Assembly (NCBI GenBank): GCA_965204745.1
Contig: OZ242010.1
Location: 5,312,001-5,376,000 of the forward strand
Direction: 5' to 3'
DNA: 64,000 nucleotides
DNA from: Candidatus Latescibacterota bacterium
GTDB lineage: Bacteria; Latescibacterota; UBA2968
The position numbers were made by a program, and so were the translations under genes. Position 1 is the first letter of the stretch. The number at the start of each line of letters is the position of its first letter. A model generated the notes under the pieces. It saw nothing but the letters and a program-made list of their open reading frames with translations, ran no database searches and was not told where the DNA came from. This document shows, piece by piece, positions 28,224-39,555 of this stretch.

Positions 28224-31200
28224 ATGCGTAAAGTCGGCACAGGCATTCTTTGGGTCATCACGATTTTGATGTTGTCGTCGGTGACTGTGTTCAACCCGGG
28301 GCAGGTGACGGATTTTTTCGTCACGCTTTTCAATATCAAACCGAGCATTCCCGAGCTCAAGCCCATCGAGATTTCGGAACGCGACCGCGAGATTCGGACC
28401 GTTGTCGAGTCCATTGCCCAAGAAGACGTGCGCCAAGTCATCGCGGACCTCTCGGCGATGGGATCGCGGGTGCCGGGCTATGCGGGGCATCGGCAGGCGT
28501 TTGAATACGTCAAACGGCAGTTTGAACAAATCGGTCTGGAAAACATCCAAGTCGAAGAACACCTGGTCACGGTGCCCATCGACAAAGGCGCGGCCCTTAC
28601 CCTGACGGAAACCGGCGAAAAAATCGAGATTTACGGGTTCTGGCCGAACCACGTTCAAACGCCTTCCATCCCCGGGGCCGGGGTTTCTGGCCCCCTGATT
28701 TACGGAGGCAAGGGGGCGTTTTCAGAACTCAATGGCAAACGGGTTGAAGGCAGCATCGTGTTGATGGATTTCGATTGCGACCAAGGATATCTCAGCCCGC
28801 GCATGCTCGGCGCGCAGGCGATTTTGTTTTACGACAATGGGCGCGTCACCCGAGGGCAAGCGATAGACAAGTTCTTGCCGGTGCCGGTTGACGTGCCCCG
28901 GTTCTGGGTGGAGAAAGCCGACGCGATGCGCCTGCTCGAGATGGCCGAAACCCAATCGCCAGAAGTGCATTTGACGTCGCGGATGGACTGGGAAGAAGTC
29001 CCGGCGTGGAACATCTTTGCCACCTTGCCCGGCTCGGATACGTATATCACCGAGCGCGAAGAGCGCAAGTGGAAGGATCAGCAAATCGCGTTGAGCGCGT
29101 TTTACGACGCGATTTCAGTCGTGCCCGCAATCGCGCCGGGCGCCGAGAACGCCTCGGGCATGGCCGCGCTGTTGCACGCGGCGAAAATCCTCAAGCGGCA
29201 TCCGCCGAAATACTCCGTGACCTTTTTGGCGACTGGCTCGCACTTTCAGGGCTTGGCCGGCATCAACGATTTCGTGTATCACCACGCGCGCGAAAGCGAC
29301 CACTTCCGCGACAAAATTCCGGATAGTTTGTCCGCCGAGGGCGCGTATCTCGACGGGGAGTTCATTCACCGAGACAGCGAGGATTTCGAGGAGCTCATCC
29401 CGGACAGTTACAAGATCGACTTTCGGTTGTTCGTGGGCTTGGACTTGTCGAGCGAATCCGACCAGTTGGCGAGTTTTTCGCACGGCACGTTTAACAACCC
29501 CAACTGGCAGACCGACAATTATCTGAACAATTTGCTCGCGCCTTATGCGGACAAGTTCGACAAGTACATGGCCAAGGTTTTTCCCGGAGAGGAAAACCGG
29601 CATGTGGATGCCATCGCCCCGCCCAAGCGCACCTGGAAAAATTTCATGCCCATTCGCATGGGCTTCGACAGCGAGGCGGTCACGTTTGTGGGCAAAGAGG
29701 GCATTACCCTGGCCACGCCCTCGACCGTGCGTCGATTTGTCGATACGCCCATCGACCAGGTGGAGCGCGTCAACATGGACAATTTGACGCGCCAAGTGCA
29801 AACCGCGGTTGCGGCGATGATGAAGGCCGGCGAGGATGCCGAGTTTTTCAGGGTGTCCAAGCTCAAGTTGCAAGACCGCGGGCACAGCTTGTCCGGGCGC
29901 GTGTTGTGGTTTGACCGCAATGTGGATTTCGCCTTGCCCCGCGTGCCGGTGCCGGGCGCCGTGGTCACGTATCGGCAACCGGGCAATGTGCCGAGTTGTG
30001 CGGGCGTCCGCACCTTGATCATCGACAAGACCACGCGCGGGCCGATTTACGATGTCGATAAATTGGCGGGCGGCAGGACCGATGTGGATCCCAACTTGTT
30101 TGGCAAAGAGGAGCGCGTCAAAGAAACCGGGGTGTTTTCCTTCGACATTATGCGGAACCGCTTTACCAATCGCATTTTGTCCTACGACATTGACGAGGAG
30201 GGCAGAATCACGTCCGCGCCGGATATGGGGTCCGAAGGCGAGGACAAGTTCCCCTTGCTCCAGCGGTATGGCTGGTGGGAAAACGAAATGATAACGGTGT
30301 TGTTCAAGTGCCGCTCCATCAGCGTTTTTGAAATCATCGACTCGAGTTATTTGTCCGCGCTCGATTTTATGACCGTGCTCAACGAGAACGACACCACGCC
30401 CCTGGAATTTGGCAACACGTACTTGCCCGGGCAAAGCACCAAAGAGGGCGATGTGACGCGCGCCGCGGTGACATTTGCGCGCATCGATGAAGTCACGGGC
30501 GAGGCCGAGCGCCTGAAGGTGTTGATGAGCACGGGCCTGTTTGGGGTGAAGTACTTGCTGATCAACGCGCCGCAGGAATTTTTGGACACGCCGATTGACA
30601 AGAGCCAAGTGAATCCCACGCTCTTGGAAGAGGCGCGGGGCGAGGGCTACGCGCCCGGGGTCATTTTCCGACCCTCGTATCAGGCGGCGCGAGATATGTG
30701 GGTCATCGACGACGTGCGGATGAAACAACTCGCGCAATTCGGCATTGAGAACAACCGCCTCACCCTGTTGCACAACAGCGCGCGCGAGGCCCTCCTCGAA
30801 GCCCGCCAATACCTGGAAAATTTGGATTACGAAGGCTTTATGGCCGCTTCGCGGCGCGCCTGGGGCCTCGAGGCACGCGGGTACCCAGAGGTGATGGCAA
30901 CGGCCAACGACACGGTGCGGGGCATTATTTTTTATTTTATTTTGCTGCTCCCGTTTTCGTTTTTCTGCGAGCGGTTGTTGATCGGCGCGTCGAGCATTAC
31001 GGCGCGCTTGAGTTGGTTCGCCGCGTTTTTCATATTTTTCTTCATCGTGTTGCGCTTCGTCCACCCGGCCTTTCAGCTGAGCAATTCCCCGTACATCATC
31101 TTTCTCGCATTTGTGATCATGGCCTTGGGCGGGGTGGCCATGGTCATCGTGGTGTCCAAATTCGGGGACGAAGTTCGCAAGATGAAACAGGCTTCTGCCG

Positions 31201-33077
31201 GCACGTACGAAGCGGACGTGGGGCGCATCAGCGCGACGTCGGCCGCGGTCGTGCTGGGGATTTCCAACCTGCGGAAGCGGCCCATGCGAACCGGGTTGAC
31301 GGCGATTACCCTCACCTTGTTGACGTTCACAACCCTGTCCTTTACGTCCGTGCAAACGTCCCTGAAATTTTACAAATTGCCCCGCGACAACGAGCCGTCT
31401 TACCAAGGGGCATTGGTGCGCGACCGGTCGTGGCGCGGCATGCAGGAATCCGTGCTCAACTACTTGCACAGCGCGTTTGAGGGCCGCGCGGATATCGTGC
31501 CGCGGTCGTGGTATTTGTCGCAGGTGCGCGGGGAACGCGCTTACGTGAATTTTTCGCGCGTGACCGAGGCCACCGCAGATATGGGCCCCAAAGAGATTTA
31601 CGCGGATTTCGACGTGGGCATCACCACGGGCAAAGACAGCTTTGTCAACGCGCTATTGGGCCTCACCCCGGACGAAACCAAAATCACCGGCGCGGATCGG
31701 TATTTGATGAGCGGGCGGTGGTTCCAGCCCGGGGAGGAGTTCGTCTGCTTGTTGCCCAATGACTTGGCGGAACTCGTGGGGATTTTCCCGGAAGACGCGG
31801 GCACGGCGAAAATCGAAATGCAGGGGCAGATTTTTACCGTGATCGGCATTCTCGATTCCGAGGCGTTTAATAAGTTCAAGGATTTGGACGACGAAAAGCT
31901 GACCCCGGTCGATACGGTGAAGGAAAAAGACGACTTGGCAGACGCGCAAGACCAAGACCCGCGCGTGGTCGCCGCCGCGCCTATCGAAACCTTTACGCAT
32001 CTGGAATCGACGAATGTGCTCGTCGTGCCCTACGAGTACATCCGCGACATCGGGGGCGTGTTGGCGTCGGTTGCTATCGCCAATTTCAAGGATGACAGCG
32101 GGCAGCCCAAATCGGATTTCGTGCCGGATATCGAGGAGTTCATGGCGCGCGTGTCCCTGACGATGTTCGTGGGCAAAGGCGAAGGCGTCACGGTGTACAG
32201 TTCGATAGGGTCCACATCGCTTTCCGGCTTGGGCAATTTGTTCATTCCCATTTTGATCGCCGCGCTCATCGTGCTCAATACCATGATGGGCGCCGTGTAC
32301 GAACGCTTCCGCGAGATCGGGATTTATTCATCGGTGGGCTTGGCGCCCAATCACATCGCCGCGCTTTTCCTCGCCGAGGCCGGCGTGTTTGCCACCCTCG
32401 GCGCGGTGATGGGCTATTTGATCGGACAGGTGCTCGTGCTCGTGTTGTACAACCAGGGCTTGTTGGGCGGGCTGGAATTGAATTACTCGTCCCTGTCCGC
32501 GATTTCCGCCACCCTGATCGTGATGGCAACGGTGTTTCTCTCCGCGCTTTATCCGGCGAAAAAAGCCGCGGATATGGCCGTGCCCGACGTGACCCGCAAG
32601 TGGGAATTTCCAGATCCGGATGGGGACCGCTGGGTGTTCGACTTTCCCTTTACCGTGGGCGGGGCCGAGGTCTTGGGCATGTATTCCTATCTGACGCGGG
32701 TGTTCGAATCTTATGGCGAGGGGTCCGTAGGCGATTTCGTGGCGGACCACGTCAAGTTCTGGTCCGAGGATCACGCGGGCGAGCCGCAGTACAATATCGA
32801 CCTGACCGCGTGGTTGGCGCCTTATGATTTGGGCATCAGCCAGGAAGTGCAACTCAAGGCGATTCCCACGGGGGAACACAATATTTACAAGATCGAGGTG
32901 ATCATCAATCGCTTGAGTGGCGATGTGGCGTCGTGGAAGCGGATCAATCGCGGATTTTTGAATGTGCTGCGTAAGCGGTTCCTGGTGTGGCGCACCATTC
33001 CGGGGGACATGAAGTTCAATTACGCAGAAGAAGGCCGCCGGATCTTGTCTGGCGAAGTTTTGGAAGAAGTCGCATAA
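28224..33077 (+). CDS. Giant membrane protein: PA/M28 peptidase-like domain, TM bundle and MacB/FtsX-like permease
   Basis: SRVPGY.G, APGAENASG; NLRKRPMRT.LT; V.ER.REIGIYSSVGLAP..I..LFLAE; CAGGAG RBS. Confidence 0.8.
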   Translation: MRKVGTGILWVITILMLSSVTVFNPGQVTDFFVTLFNIKPSIPELKPIEISERDREIRTVVESIAQEDVRQVIADLSAMGSRVPGYAGHRQAFEYVKRQFEQIGLENIQVEEHLVTVPIDKGAALTLTETGEKIEIYGFWPNHVQTPSIPGAGVSGPLIYGGKGAFSELNGKRVEGSIVLMDFDCDQGYLSPRMLGAQAILFYDNGRVTRGQAIDKFLPVPVDVPRFWVEKADAMRLLEMAETQSPEVHLTSRMDWEEVPAWNIFATLPGSDTYITEREERKWKDQQIALSAFYDAISVVPAIAPGAENASGMAALLHAAKILKRHPPKYSVTFLATGSHFQGLAGINDFVYHHARESDHFRDKIPDSLSAEGAYLDGEFIHRDSEDFEELIPDSYKIDFRLFVGLDLSSESDQLASFSHGTFNNPNWQTDNYLNNLLAPYADKFDKYMAKVFPGEENRHVDAIAPPKRTWKNFMPIRMGFDSEAVTFVGKEGITLATPSTVRRFVDTPIDQVERVNMDNLTRQVQTAVAAMMKAGEDAEFFRVSKLKLQDRGHSLSGRVLWFDRNVDFALPRVPVPGAVVTYRQPGNVPSCAGVRTLIIDKTTRGPIYDVDKLAGGRTDVDPNLFGKEERVKETGVFSFDIMRNRFTNRILSYDIDEEGRITSAPDMGSEGEDKFPLLQRYGWWENEMITVLFKCRSISVFEIIDSSYLSALDFMTVLNENDTTPLEFGNTYLPGQSTKEGDVTRAAVTFARIDEVTGEAERLKVLMSTGLFGVKYLLINAPQEFLDTPIDKSQVNPTLLEEARGEGYAPGVIFRPSYQAARDMWVIDDVRMKQLAQFGIENNRLTLLHNSAREALLEARQYLENLDYEGFMAASRRAWGLEARGYPEVMATANDTVRGIIFYFILLLPFSFFCERLLIGASSITARLSWFAAFFIFFFIVLRFVHPAFQLSNSPYIIFLAFVIMALGGVAMVIVVSKFGDEVRKMKQASAGTYEADVGRISATSAAVVLGISNLRKRPMRTGLTAITLTLLTFTTLSFTSVQTSLKFYKLPRDNEPSYQGALVRDRSWRGMQESVLNYLHSAFEGRADIVPRSWYLSQVRGERAYVNFSRVTEATADMGPKEIYADFDVGITTGKDSFVNALLGLTPDETKITGADRYLMSGRWFQPGEEFVCLLPNDLAELVGIFPEDAGTAKIEMQGQIFTVIGILDSEAFNKFKDLDDEKLTPVDTVKEKDDLADAQDQDPRVVAAAPIETFTHLESTNVLVVPYEYIRDIGGVLASVAIANFKDDSGQPKSDFVPDIEEFMARVSLTMFVGKGEGVTVYSSIGSTSLSGLGNLFIPILIAALIVLNTMMGAVYERFREIGIYSSVGLAPNHIAALFLAEAGVFATLGAVMGYLIGQVLVLVLYNQGLLGGLELNYSSLSAISATLIVMATVFLSALYPAKKAADMAVPDVTRKWEFPDPDGDRWVFDFPFTVGGAEVLGMYSYLTRVFESYGEGSVGDFVADHVKFWSEDHAGEPQYNIDLTAWLAPYDLGISQEVQLKAIPTGEHNIYKIEVIINRLSGDVASWKRINRGFLNVLRKRFLVWRTIPGDMKFNYAEEGRRILSGEVLEEVA

Positions 33078-33111
33078 CGCGCATTCGTGGATTCCTTACC
33101 GGGAGGCAATT

Positions 33112-35166
33112 TTGGCAACCGAACCGAGAGATGCGGAAGAAACAAAAGAGGACCTGGCGGAATACGAACAAATTATGCCAGAGGACGCGCCCTTTGAAGA
33201 GGGCTTTGGCTGGAAGACGATTTGGGCGACGGTGTTCGTGGGCTTGGTGATGCTGCCCGGCGCGATTTATCTGGGCTTGGTGACGGGCCAAAGCATGGCC
33301 GGCGCGTCCGAGTGGGTGACGATCATTCTCTTTCTCGAGATTGCCAAACGCTCGTTTGTGCGCCTCAAAACGCAGGAAATTTTGATCATCTACTGGGTGG
33401 CCGCGGGCCTGTTGGGCATCGGCGTGAAACTCGGCTCGGGCGCGCATCTGTACGGCGGGCCTTTTGGCGGCCTGATCTGGGACCAGTATTTGATTCAATC
33501 GCCCGCGGCAATGGGCCTGGATAAATACATTCCCAACTGGGTGACGCCCCCGCTCGATTCGCCCGTGTATGCGGACCGCACCTTCGTCCATCAGGACTGG
33601 GCTTTGCCGGTGTTGATTCTGTTCTTGGTCATGATCATCAACCAGACTGCGCGCTTGTCCTTTGGGTACGTGATGTTCCGCATTACCAGCGATATCGAGC
33701 AACTGCCCTTTCCGCTCGAGCCGGTTCACGCGCGCGGGTGTACTGCACTGGCCGAGACCTCGTCCAAGACCGAGGGTTGGCGGTGGCGCGTGTTTAGCAC
33801 GGGGACGTGTATTGGGCTCGTCTGGGGCTTGCTCTACGTGGTCGTGCCCACATTGTCCGGCATTTTCCTAACCGAGACCGTTCAGGTCTTGCCCATTCCA
33901 TTTATCGACTTTACGGCCGAGGTCAAGACCATCTTGCCCGCTGCGGTGTTTGGACTGGGAACGGATTTGGGGCATGTGTTGCTCGGGTTCGTCCTGCCGT
34001 TCTACGTGGTGGTCGGGTCCTTTATCGGCGCGGTGCTCGGCAATTTGGTGATCAATCCCATGCTCTATCTCCACACGGATGTGTTGAGCCGCTGGGCGCC
34101 TGGCATGACGGCGATTCCCGCGAGCATTTCCAATCGCTTCGACTTCTGGTTGAGCTTTGGGATCGGCACGTCTATCGTGATCGCGCTCACCGGGTTTTAC
34201 ATGGTGGGCAAAACCCTGCTGGAACAGCGCAAGATGCAACGGGAAACCGGGCATCATTCCCTAAAAATTAGCCTGGATGATTTGCCAGAAGGGCGCGGGG
34301 ATATCGCGCTGAAGTGGCCCCTGGTCTTGTGGGTGCTGGCTTCTTTTGCCGCCATTGGCTTGTGCTATTGGCTCGTGCCCGAATTTCACTGGGGTTGGCT
34401 GGTTTTCTTCGCGTTTATTTATACGCCTGTGTCGTCTTATATCGGCGCGCGGATGATCGGCCTGACGGGCAGCCCTTATGGAGCGAGCATTCCCTATATT
34501 CGGGAAGCGGCCATTTTGCTGTCGGGGTACAAGGGCGTGGCCGTGTGGTTCGCCCCCATTCCCCTGCACGACCACGGGTTGGCCGTGCGGTCATTCAAGC
34601 AACTGGAATTGACCAAGACGAAGATCGGCAGTTATGTCAAAATGGTGGCGATCACGTCGGTTGTGATTTTCCTGTGTAGCTTCATGTTCTACGAGTTTAT
34701 CTGGCGTTTGGGCCCCATTCCATCTTCGACTTATCCCTACGTGCAACTGTTCTGGCCCTTTGAAGCCACGATGCAGACGATGTGGCTCAAATCGACTTTG
34801 CCCCCCGGCGAAGTGCAGGGCGCCGCTGGTTTGGAACTCCTGCGGGATATCATCAAGCCGAAATACATCGGCGTCGGGTTGGTTTCGGGCGGGCTTATCT
34901 ACGTGGCACTGGTCGCCATCAAGGTTCCCGTGCTGGCGTTTTTCGGATTTGTGAATGGCCTGGCCCAATGGCCGCACTTCGTCATTTTGAACTTTGCCGG
35001 CGCCATGCTCGGTCGCTACCATTTTTCCAAGCGGTTCGGCGAGTCCAAATGGAAGGCTTACGCGCCGATTTTGTTGGCGGGCTATTCCTGCGGCATGGGC
35101 CTGATCGGCATGACTTCGATAGCCGTGGCGCTGATTTCCAAGGCCGTGTCTCAGGTGGTGTTTTGA
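33112..35166 (+). CDS. OPT-like multi-pass transporter
   Basis: TTG start with GGGAGG RBS; many TM segments; DIEQLPFP, PYIREA. Confidence 0.7.
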   Translation: MATEPRDAEETKEDLAEYEQIMPEDAPFEEGFGWKTIWATVFVGLVMLPGAIYLGLVTGQSMAGASEWVTIILFLEIAKRSFVRLKTQEILIIYWVAAGLLGIGVKLGSGAHLYGGPFGGLIWDQYLIQSPAAMGLDKYIPNWVTPPLDSPVYADRTFVHQDWALPVLILFLVMIINQTARLSFGYVMFRITSDIEQLPFPLEPVHARGCTALAETSSKTEGWRWRVFSTGTCIGLVWGLLYVVVPTLSGIFLTETVQVLPIPFIDFTAEVKTILPAAVFGLGTDLGHVLLGFVLPFYVVVGSFIGAVLGNLVINPMLYLHTDVLSRWAPGMTAIPASISNRFDFWLSFGIGTSIVIALTGFYMVGKTLLEQRKMQRETGHHSLKISLDDLPEGRGDIALKWPLVLWVLASFAAIGLCYWLVPEFHWGWLVFFAFIYTPVSSYIGARMIGLTGSPYGASIPYIREAAILLSGYKGVAVWFAPIPLHDHGLAVRSFKQLELTKTKIGSYVKMVAITSVVIFLCSFMFYEFIWRLGPIPSSTYPYVQLFWPFEATMQTMWLKSTLPPGEVQGAAGLELLRDIIKPKYIGVGLVSGGLIYVALVAIKVPVLAFFGFVNGLAQWPHFVILNFAGAMLGRYHFSKRFGESKWKAYAPILLAGYSCGMGLIGMTSIAVALISKAVSQVVF

Positions 35167-35248
35167 ACTGGAACTTTTAATCGGGCATGGGTCGTCTAAG
35201 GGGTTGCGATGCATGCCCAATTTCACCCTTTTTCAAAGGAGCAACAAG

Positions 35249-35749
35249 ATGCAGAGGTTTCGACTTTTCGGGGTTTTGGCGATGGCGATGCTCATCGCAA
35301 CCGCCTGCGACGTGTGGGCACAGCCGAGAGGCGATGGCGGTGGTCAAGGCCGGCGCGGCGGGGTTCAGGTGCAGCGATTTTTGCCCGTGGAACAAGTGCT
35401 GAGTTATTTGGCATTTAACGACAATATCGCCCTGACGGACGAACAACTCGCCGAGGTGCGCGCAACGCTCAAGGGGATTTACACCAAACGCCAAGAACTC
35501 CAAAGAAGCATGCGCGAGAACAACGATCAGCAAGCGGCCATGCAGTCGGTGCGCGAATTGCGGATGGAGATGACGCAGGGGTTGAGCGCGATTCTCACCG
35601 CCGATCAGACCAAGGTGTTTCAAGAACAGATGCAGCGGATGAGCCAGCGCGGGCAACGCGGGCAGGGCGGTCAGGGGCGTGGTGGTGGCCGTGGTGGTCA
35701 AGGCGGCGGTCGCGGCGGTGGCCAAGGCGGCCAAGGCGGTGGGGCGTAA
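35249..35749 (+). CDS. Exported Spy/CpxP-like helical protein with Gly/Arg/Gln-rich tail
   Basis: Signal peptide; LTDEQ and LTADQ motifs; GGQGGGRGG tail. Confidence 0.65.
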   Translation: MQRFRLFGVLAMAMLIATACDVWAQPRGDGGGQGRRGGVQVQRFLPVEQVLSYLAFNDNIALTDEQLAEVRATLKGIYTKRQELQRSMRENNDQQAAMQSVRELRMEMTQGLSAILTADQTKVFQEQMQRMSQRGQRGQGGQGRGGGRGGQGGGRGGGQGGQGGGA

Positions 35750-35757
35750 TACCAATC

Positions 35758-35962
35758 GTGCCTTTGAACTGGCTGTCGCCAGTTGTACCCCGCTCGTGCC
35801 TTTTGTGCCTTTTGTGCCTTTTGTGGCTAAACTCACCTCTCACCTCTCACCTCTCACCTCTCACCTCTCACCTCTCACCTCTCACCTCTCACCTCTCACC
35901 TTTGAACCTGGCTATCGCCAGTTGTATCCCTTTTGTGCCTTTTGTGCCTTTTGTGGCTATCA
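35758..35962. repeat. Composite repeat: palindromic unit, TTTTGTGCC 9-mers, about 9 CCTCTCA heptamers, second palindromic unit, 9-mers
   Basis: Read directly from the sequence. Confidence 0.9.
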
Positions 35963-36056
35963 CCTCCAAGCGGGTTTCTTTGACAGAAGCCCGCTTTTGT
36001 TTTTTTATTTTTCCGGAAAATGGGTTACATTGCCACACACATTCTGGGAGGGTGTC

Positions 36057-37403
36057 GTGGTACCCAAATTTTTCAAACATCTCGAGCGGCCTTTTTCGTT
36101 CGCGGTCGTGAGCGATACGCATTTTGTGACGCGCGATTTCGTCGGGCAAGCGTTTGACGAGACGCGGCCGCTCAATGCCGAGGGGTACGCGGAAAACGTG
36201 ACCTATTCGCTCGCGCCGATGATGGATGCGCTGCGCGATCTCAAGCCCGATTTTCTCGTTCTGACCGGCGATGTGGCCGAACAGCCCTTAAAACCGGAAC
36301 GCCACGCCGAGAACCTCGAAGCCGCGCTGGATTTTTTTGCGACGAGCGAGATCCCCCTGATCGTGGCGCGGGGCAACCGGGATGGCGCGGCTGTTTTTGA
36401 CGAGGTCGTCGGGCCGCGCACGGCGCGATTGCTCGGGCAGGACGCGCCCTATTTTGCGTTTGAGGTGGCTGGGTGCCAGTTCGCGGTTTTGGATACGCCG
36501 TGTTGGGATGCCAAGCAGTATCACTGGCTCGACGCGGTGTTGGAATACGACCATGCCCCGCGCTTTTTGCTGGGCCATCATCCCATCTGGCCCGTCGCGC
36601 GCGCTTTTTTTGAGAACCGGGATTTTCAGGCCGATATGGAATCATTGCTGTCTCGCCATGCGGTGGATGCGTATTTTTGCGGGCATTCGCACCATCAAAG
36701 CCTCTTGTTGCACCGCACCCCACATTTGCCGGTGTTGCAGTGCATGGGCGCGCTGATCGGAGTGCCCGAGGCCCTGCCATTGCCGCTCGACCACGTCCAA
36801 GCCCTGTTGCCCACGCCCGATGATATGATGGCGGTTTGGCCCGGGTACCTCGAAAACACGGCGCCGGGTTGGTTCATGGGACATGTGGCACACGGGCATG
36901 CGCGCGTAGCATGGCACCATATCAACCGCGGGGCCGAGGCCATTGTGAAGTGGTTTCGGCCGGGGGATATTCAATCTTTTTGGACGATGGCGCCCGCGCC
37001 CGCGCCGCAACTGGTCGAGGCCAATTTGAGACGCATTCGGCAGGGATTTCTCCGCTTCTGCGCTTACGAGAGCATGGCAGATGCGCGCGTCTTTCTCAAT
37101 GGCAAAGAGATCGGGTTTTTGCCCCGCGCCGATCATTTCGCGCCCAGGCAACTGCCCGTGCCTCCAAACGCGCTCGCGGGTTTGCAGATGGAAAACAAGG
37201 TGCGAATCGAACCGGGCGCAGGCAACGAGATGACCCTCGGTAACCTCGTGCTCGAAGTGGTTATGCCCGGCGGGCGCAACGCACGCTCGCAGATTTTTGA
37301 CGATATTTACACGTGGTCCAACCGGTGGGATGCGTACGAATCCGAGACCGTCAAAAAACTCAAACCGGGCCGTCCTTTGACGACGGTATTGTCTTTCAGG
37401 TGA
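36057..37403 (+). CDS. Calcineurin-like metallophosphoesterase with C-terminal beta domain
   Basis: SDTH, LTGD, GNRD, GHHP, GHSH; GGGAGG RBS with GTG start. Confidence 0.8.
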   Translation: MVPKFFKHLERPFSFAVVSDTHFVTRDFVGQAFDETRPLNAEGYAENVTYSLAPMMDALRDLKPDFLVLTGDVAEQPLKPERHAENLEAALDFFATSEIPLIVARGNRDGAAVFDEVVGPRTARLLGQDAPYFAFEVAGCQFAVLDTPCWDAKQYHWLDAVLEYDHAPRFLLGHHPIWPVARAFFENRDFQADMESLLSRHAVDAYFCGHSHHQSLLLHRTPHLPVLQCMGALIGVPEALPLPLDHVQALLPTPDDMMAVWPGYLENTAPGWFMGHVAHGHARVAWHHINRGAEAIVKWFRPGDIQSFWTMAPAPAPQLVEANLRRIRQGFLRFCAYESMADARVFLNGKEIGFLPRADHFAPRQLPVPPNALAGLQMENKVRIEPGAGNEMTLGNLVLEVVMPGGRNARSQIFDDIYTWSNRWDAYESETVKKLKPGRPLTTVLSFR

Positions 37404-37431
37404 CGAGTCCGCTCTCTGAATGGGAGAACCG

Positions 37432-39450
37432 ATGACCAACCGACTGATCCGCGAGACCAGCCCCTATTTGTTGCAACACGCGCACAATCCGGTCGCGTGG
37501 TATCCTTGGGGCAAAGAGGCGTTTGAAAAGGCCGTTGCCGAAGACAAGCCCATTTTTTTGAGCGTGGGCTATGCGGCCTGCCACTGGTGCCATGTGATGG
37601 CGCACGAGTGTTTTGAAGACCCGGAGATCGCGCGGATTATGAACGCGCATTTCGTCAATGTGAAGGTGGATCGGGAGGAACGCCCGGATGTCGATGAGAT
37701 TTACATGAACGCGGTGCAGGTGATGACCGGATCCGGCGGGTGGCCCATGAGCGTGTTCTTGACGCCGCAGGGCATTCCGTTTTACGGGGGTACGTACTTC
37801 CCCCCGCGCACGCGGCACAATATACCGGGCTTTCCCCACGTCTTGGAATCCGTTGCCAAACACTATCGGGAACGAGGCGACAATGTGGCGGAGGTGGCGA
37901 ATCGGTTGCACGCGCACCTGCGGCAAATGACGCGCATGGACGCGCTGACAGACGCGCTCGGGGATGCGGATTTTGAGATGGCGTTCCAAAAAATCAGGGC
38001 GAATTTCGACTTTCAAAACGGGGGGTTTGGCACGCGACCCAAGTTTCCCAATGCGATGAATCTCGAAGTGTGTTTGCGAACCCATTTGCGGACCGGGAAC
38101 GCCGAGGCCCTGGAGATGGTGACGTTGACTCTGGAGAAGATGGCACACGGAGGGATTTTCGATCAACTCGGCGGGGGGTTTCACCGGTATGCCGTGGATT
38201 CCCGCTGGCTCGTGCCGCATTTTGAAAAGATGTTGTACGACAACGCGCTACTCGCACGGCTGTACACGCAGACCTATTTGGTGACGAAGCGCCCGTTGTT
38301 TGCGCGCATTGCCCGATCCGTTTGCGAGTACGCAATGAGGGAGATGACCGCGCCCGAGGGCGGGTTTTACTCCACGCAAGACGCGGACAGCGAGGGGGAA
38401 GAGGGCAAGTTTTTCGTGTGGGAACCGCAAGAGGTGATCGCGTTGTTGGGCGAGGAGGATGGCGCGGCGTTTTGTCGCTATTGCGATATTACGGCGCGGG
38501 GCAATTTCGAGGGGAAGAATATCCCGAATATCCCGATAGACGAAGAGGTGGATGAAGCCGCGATGGCGCGATGGCGGGCGGTGTTGTTTGAAGCGCGGGA
38601 ACGGCGCGTGAAGCCCGACCGCGATGAGAAAATTCAGGCGAGTTGGAATGGGCTGATGATTTCCGCGTTTGGGCAGGCGTATCGGGCGTTTGGGCAACCG
38701 GCGTATTTGACGCATGCGGCGAATGCAGCGCGGTTTGTCCTCGATCACATGCGGACCGATGAGGGCCTGTTGTTGCACACGTATTGCGATGGTCGGGCGC
38801 GGTTCAATGCCTATTTGGACGATTACGCCTGTTTGATTCTCGGGTTGATCGATTTGTACGAAGCGGGTTTTGACCCGTCCCATCTCGCGGCGGCGCGGGA
38901 TTTGATGGCGGTGATGATCGATCAATTTTGGGATGATGCCGATGGCGGCTTTTTTTATACCGGGAAGGACCACGAGCGCTTGATTGTGCGGTCAAAAAAT
39001 CCCTTTGACAATGCCACGCCTTCGGGCAATTCCACAGGCGCGTTTGCCCTGATGCGGTTGAGTGCATTGCTCGAGCGTGCGGATTGGTGGGCGATGGCCG
39101 AGCGCGTGCTGCATCTTTTTGGTCGGCAGATCCGGGAGGTGCCCTCGGGGTTTGGCAACATGGTGTGCGCGTTGGATCTCTTTTTGCAACGGCCCATCGA
39201 GGTCGCTGTCTTGGGGCCGCGCGACCGTGCAGATACCGCCGCGTTGCGCGATGTGGTCGATCAAACGTGGCGGCCCCAGGTCGTTTTGTGCGGCGGCGAT
39301 TCCGCGTCTGACGCCATCCCCCTGTTGCAAAATCGCGGACTGGTCAATGCCCGCGCCACCGCGTACGTCTGCCGCAATTTCAGTTGTTCCGAACCGGTCA
39401 CCGACGCGGAGGCACTCAGAAAATTGCTGGATAAGCGGGCTGATTTTTGA
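37432..39450 (+). CDS. YyaL/SPATA20-like thioredoxin-domain protein (DUF255)
   Basis: [37 protein letters not shown]. Confidence 0.92.
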   Translation: MTNRLIRETSPYLLQHAHNPVAWYPWGKEAFEKAVAEDKPIFLSVGYAACHWCHVMAHECFEDPEIARIMNAHFVNVKVDREERPDVDEIYMNAVQVMTGSGGWPMSVFLTPQGIPFYGGTYFPPRTRHNIPGFPHVLESVAKHYRERGDNVAEVANRLHAHLRQMTRMDALTDALGDADFEMAFQKIRANFDFQNGGFGTRPKFPNAMNLEVCLRTHLRTGNAEALEMVTLTLEKMAHGGIFDQLGGGFHRYAVDSRWLVPHFEKMLYDNALLARLYTQTYLVTKRPLFARIARSVCEYAMREMTAPEGGFYSTQDADSEGEEGKFFVWEPQEVIALLGEEDGAAFCRYCDITARGNFEGKNIPNIPIDEEVDEAAMARWRAVLFEARERRVKPDRDEKIQASWNGLMISAFGQAYRAFGQPAYLTHAANAARFVLDHMRTDEGLLLHTYCDGRARFNAYLDDYACLILGLIDLYEAGFDPSHLAAARDLMAVMIDQFWDDADGGFFYTGKDHERLIVRSKNPFDNATPSGNSTGAFALMRLSALLERADWWAMAERVLHLFGRQIREVPSGFGNMVCALDLFLQRPIEVAVLGPRDRADTAALRDVVDQTWRPQVVLCGGDSASDAIPLLQNRGLVNARATAYVCRNFSCSEPVTDAEALRKLLDKRADF

Positions 39451-39555
39451 ATATATTGAACGCGCCTGGGATTGGGCATTGTTCACGCGCCACAGACGAT
39501 TTTGACGGGGACGCAAACCCCTCATACCATCAACTCCTAACAGAAAGGATAGGTT

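Noticed and set aside
29115-31469. 784-aa minus-strand ORF (also 47823-49499, 16954-18231, 1039-2337)
   Set aside because: Antisense to well-supported genes, with no motifs or RBS.
35679-36056. N-terminal extensions such as SHLSPLT, LCLLCLL and WSVVSSQ (also at 15978 and 54025)
   Set aside because: These are translations of stop-free 7-mer and 9-mer intergenic repeats; better starts lie downstream.
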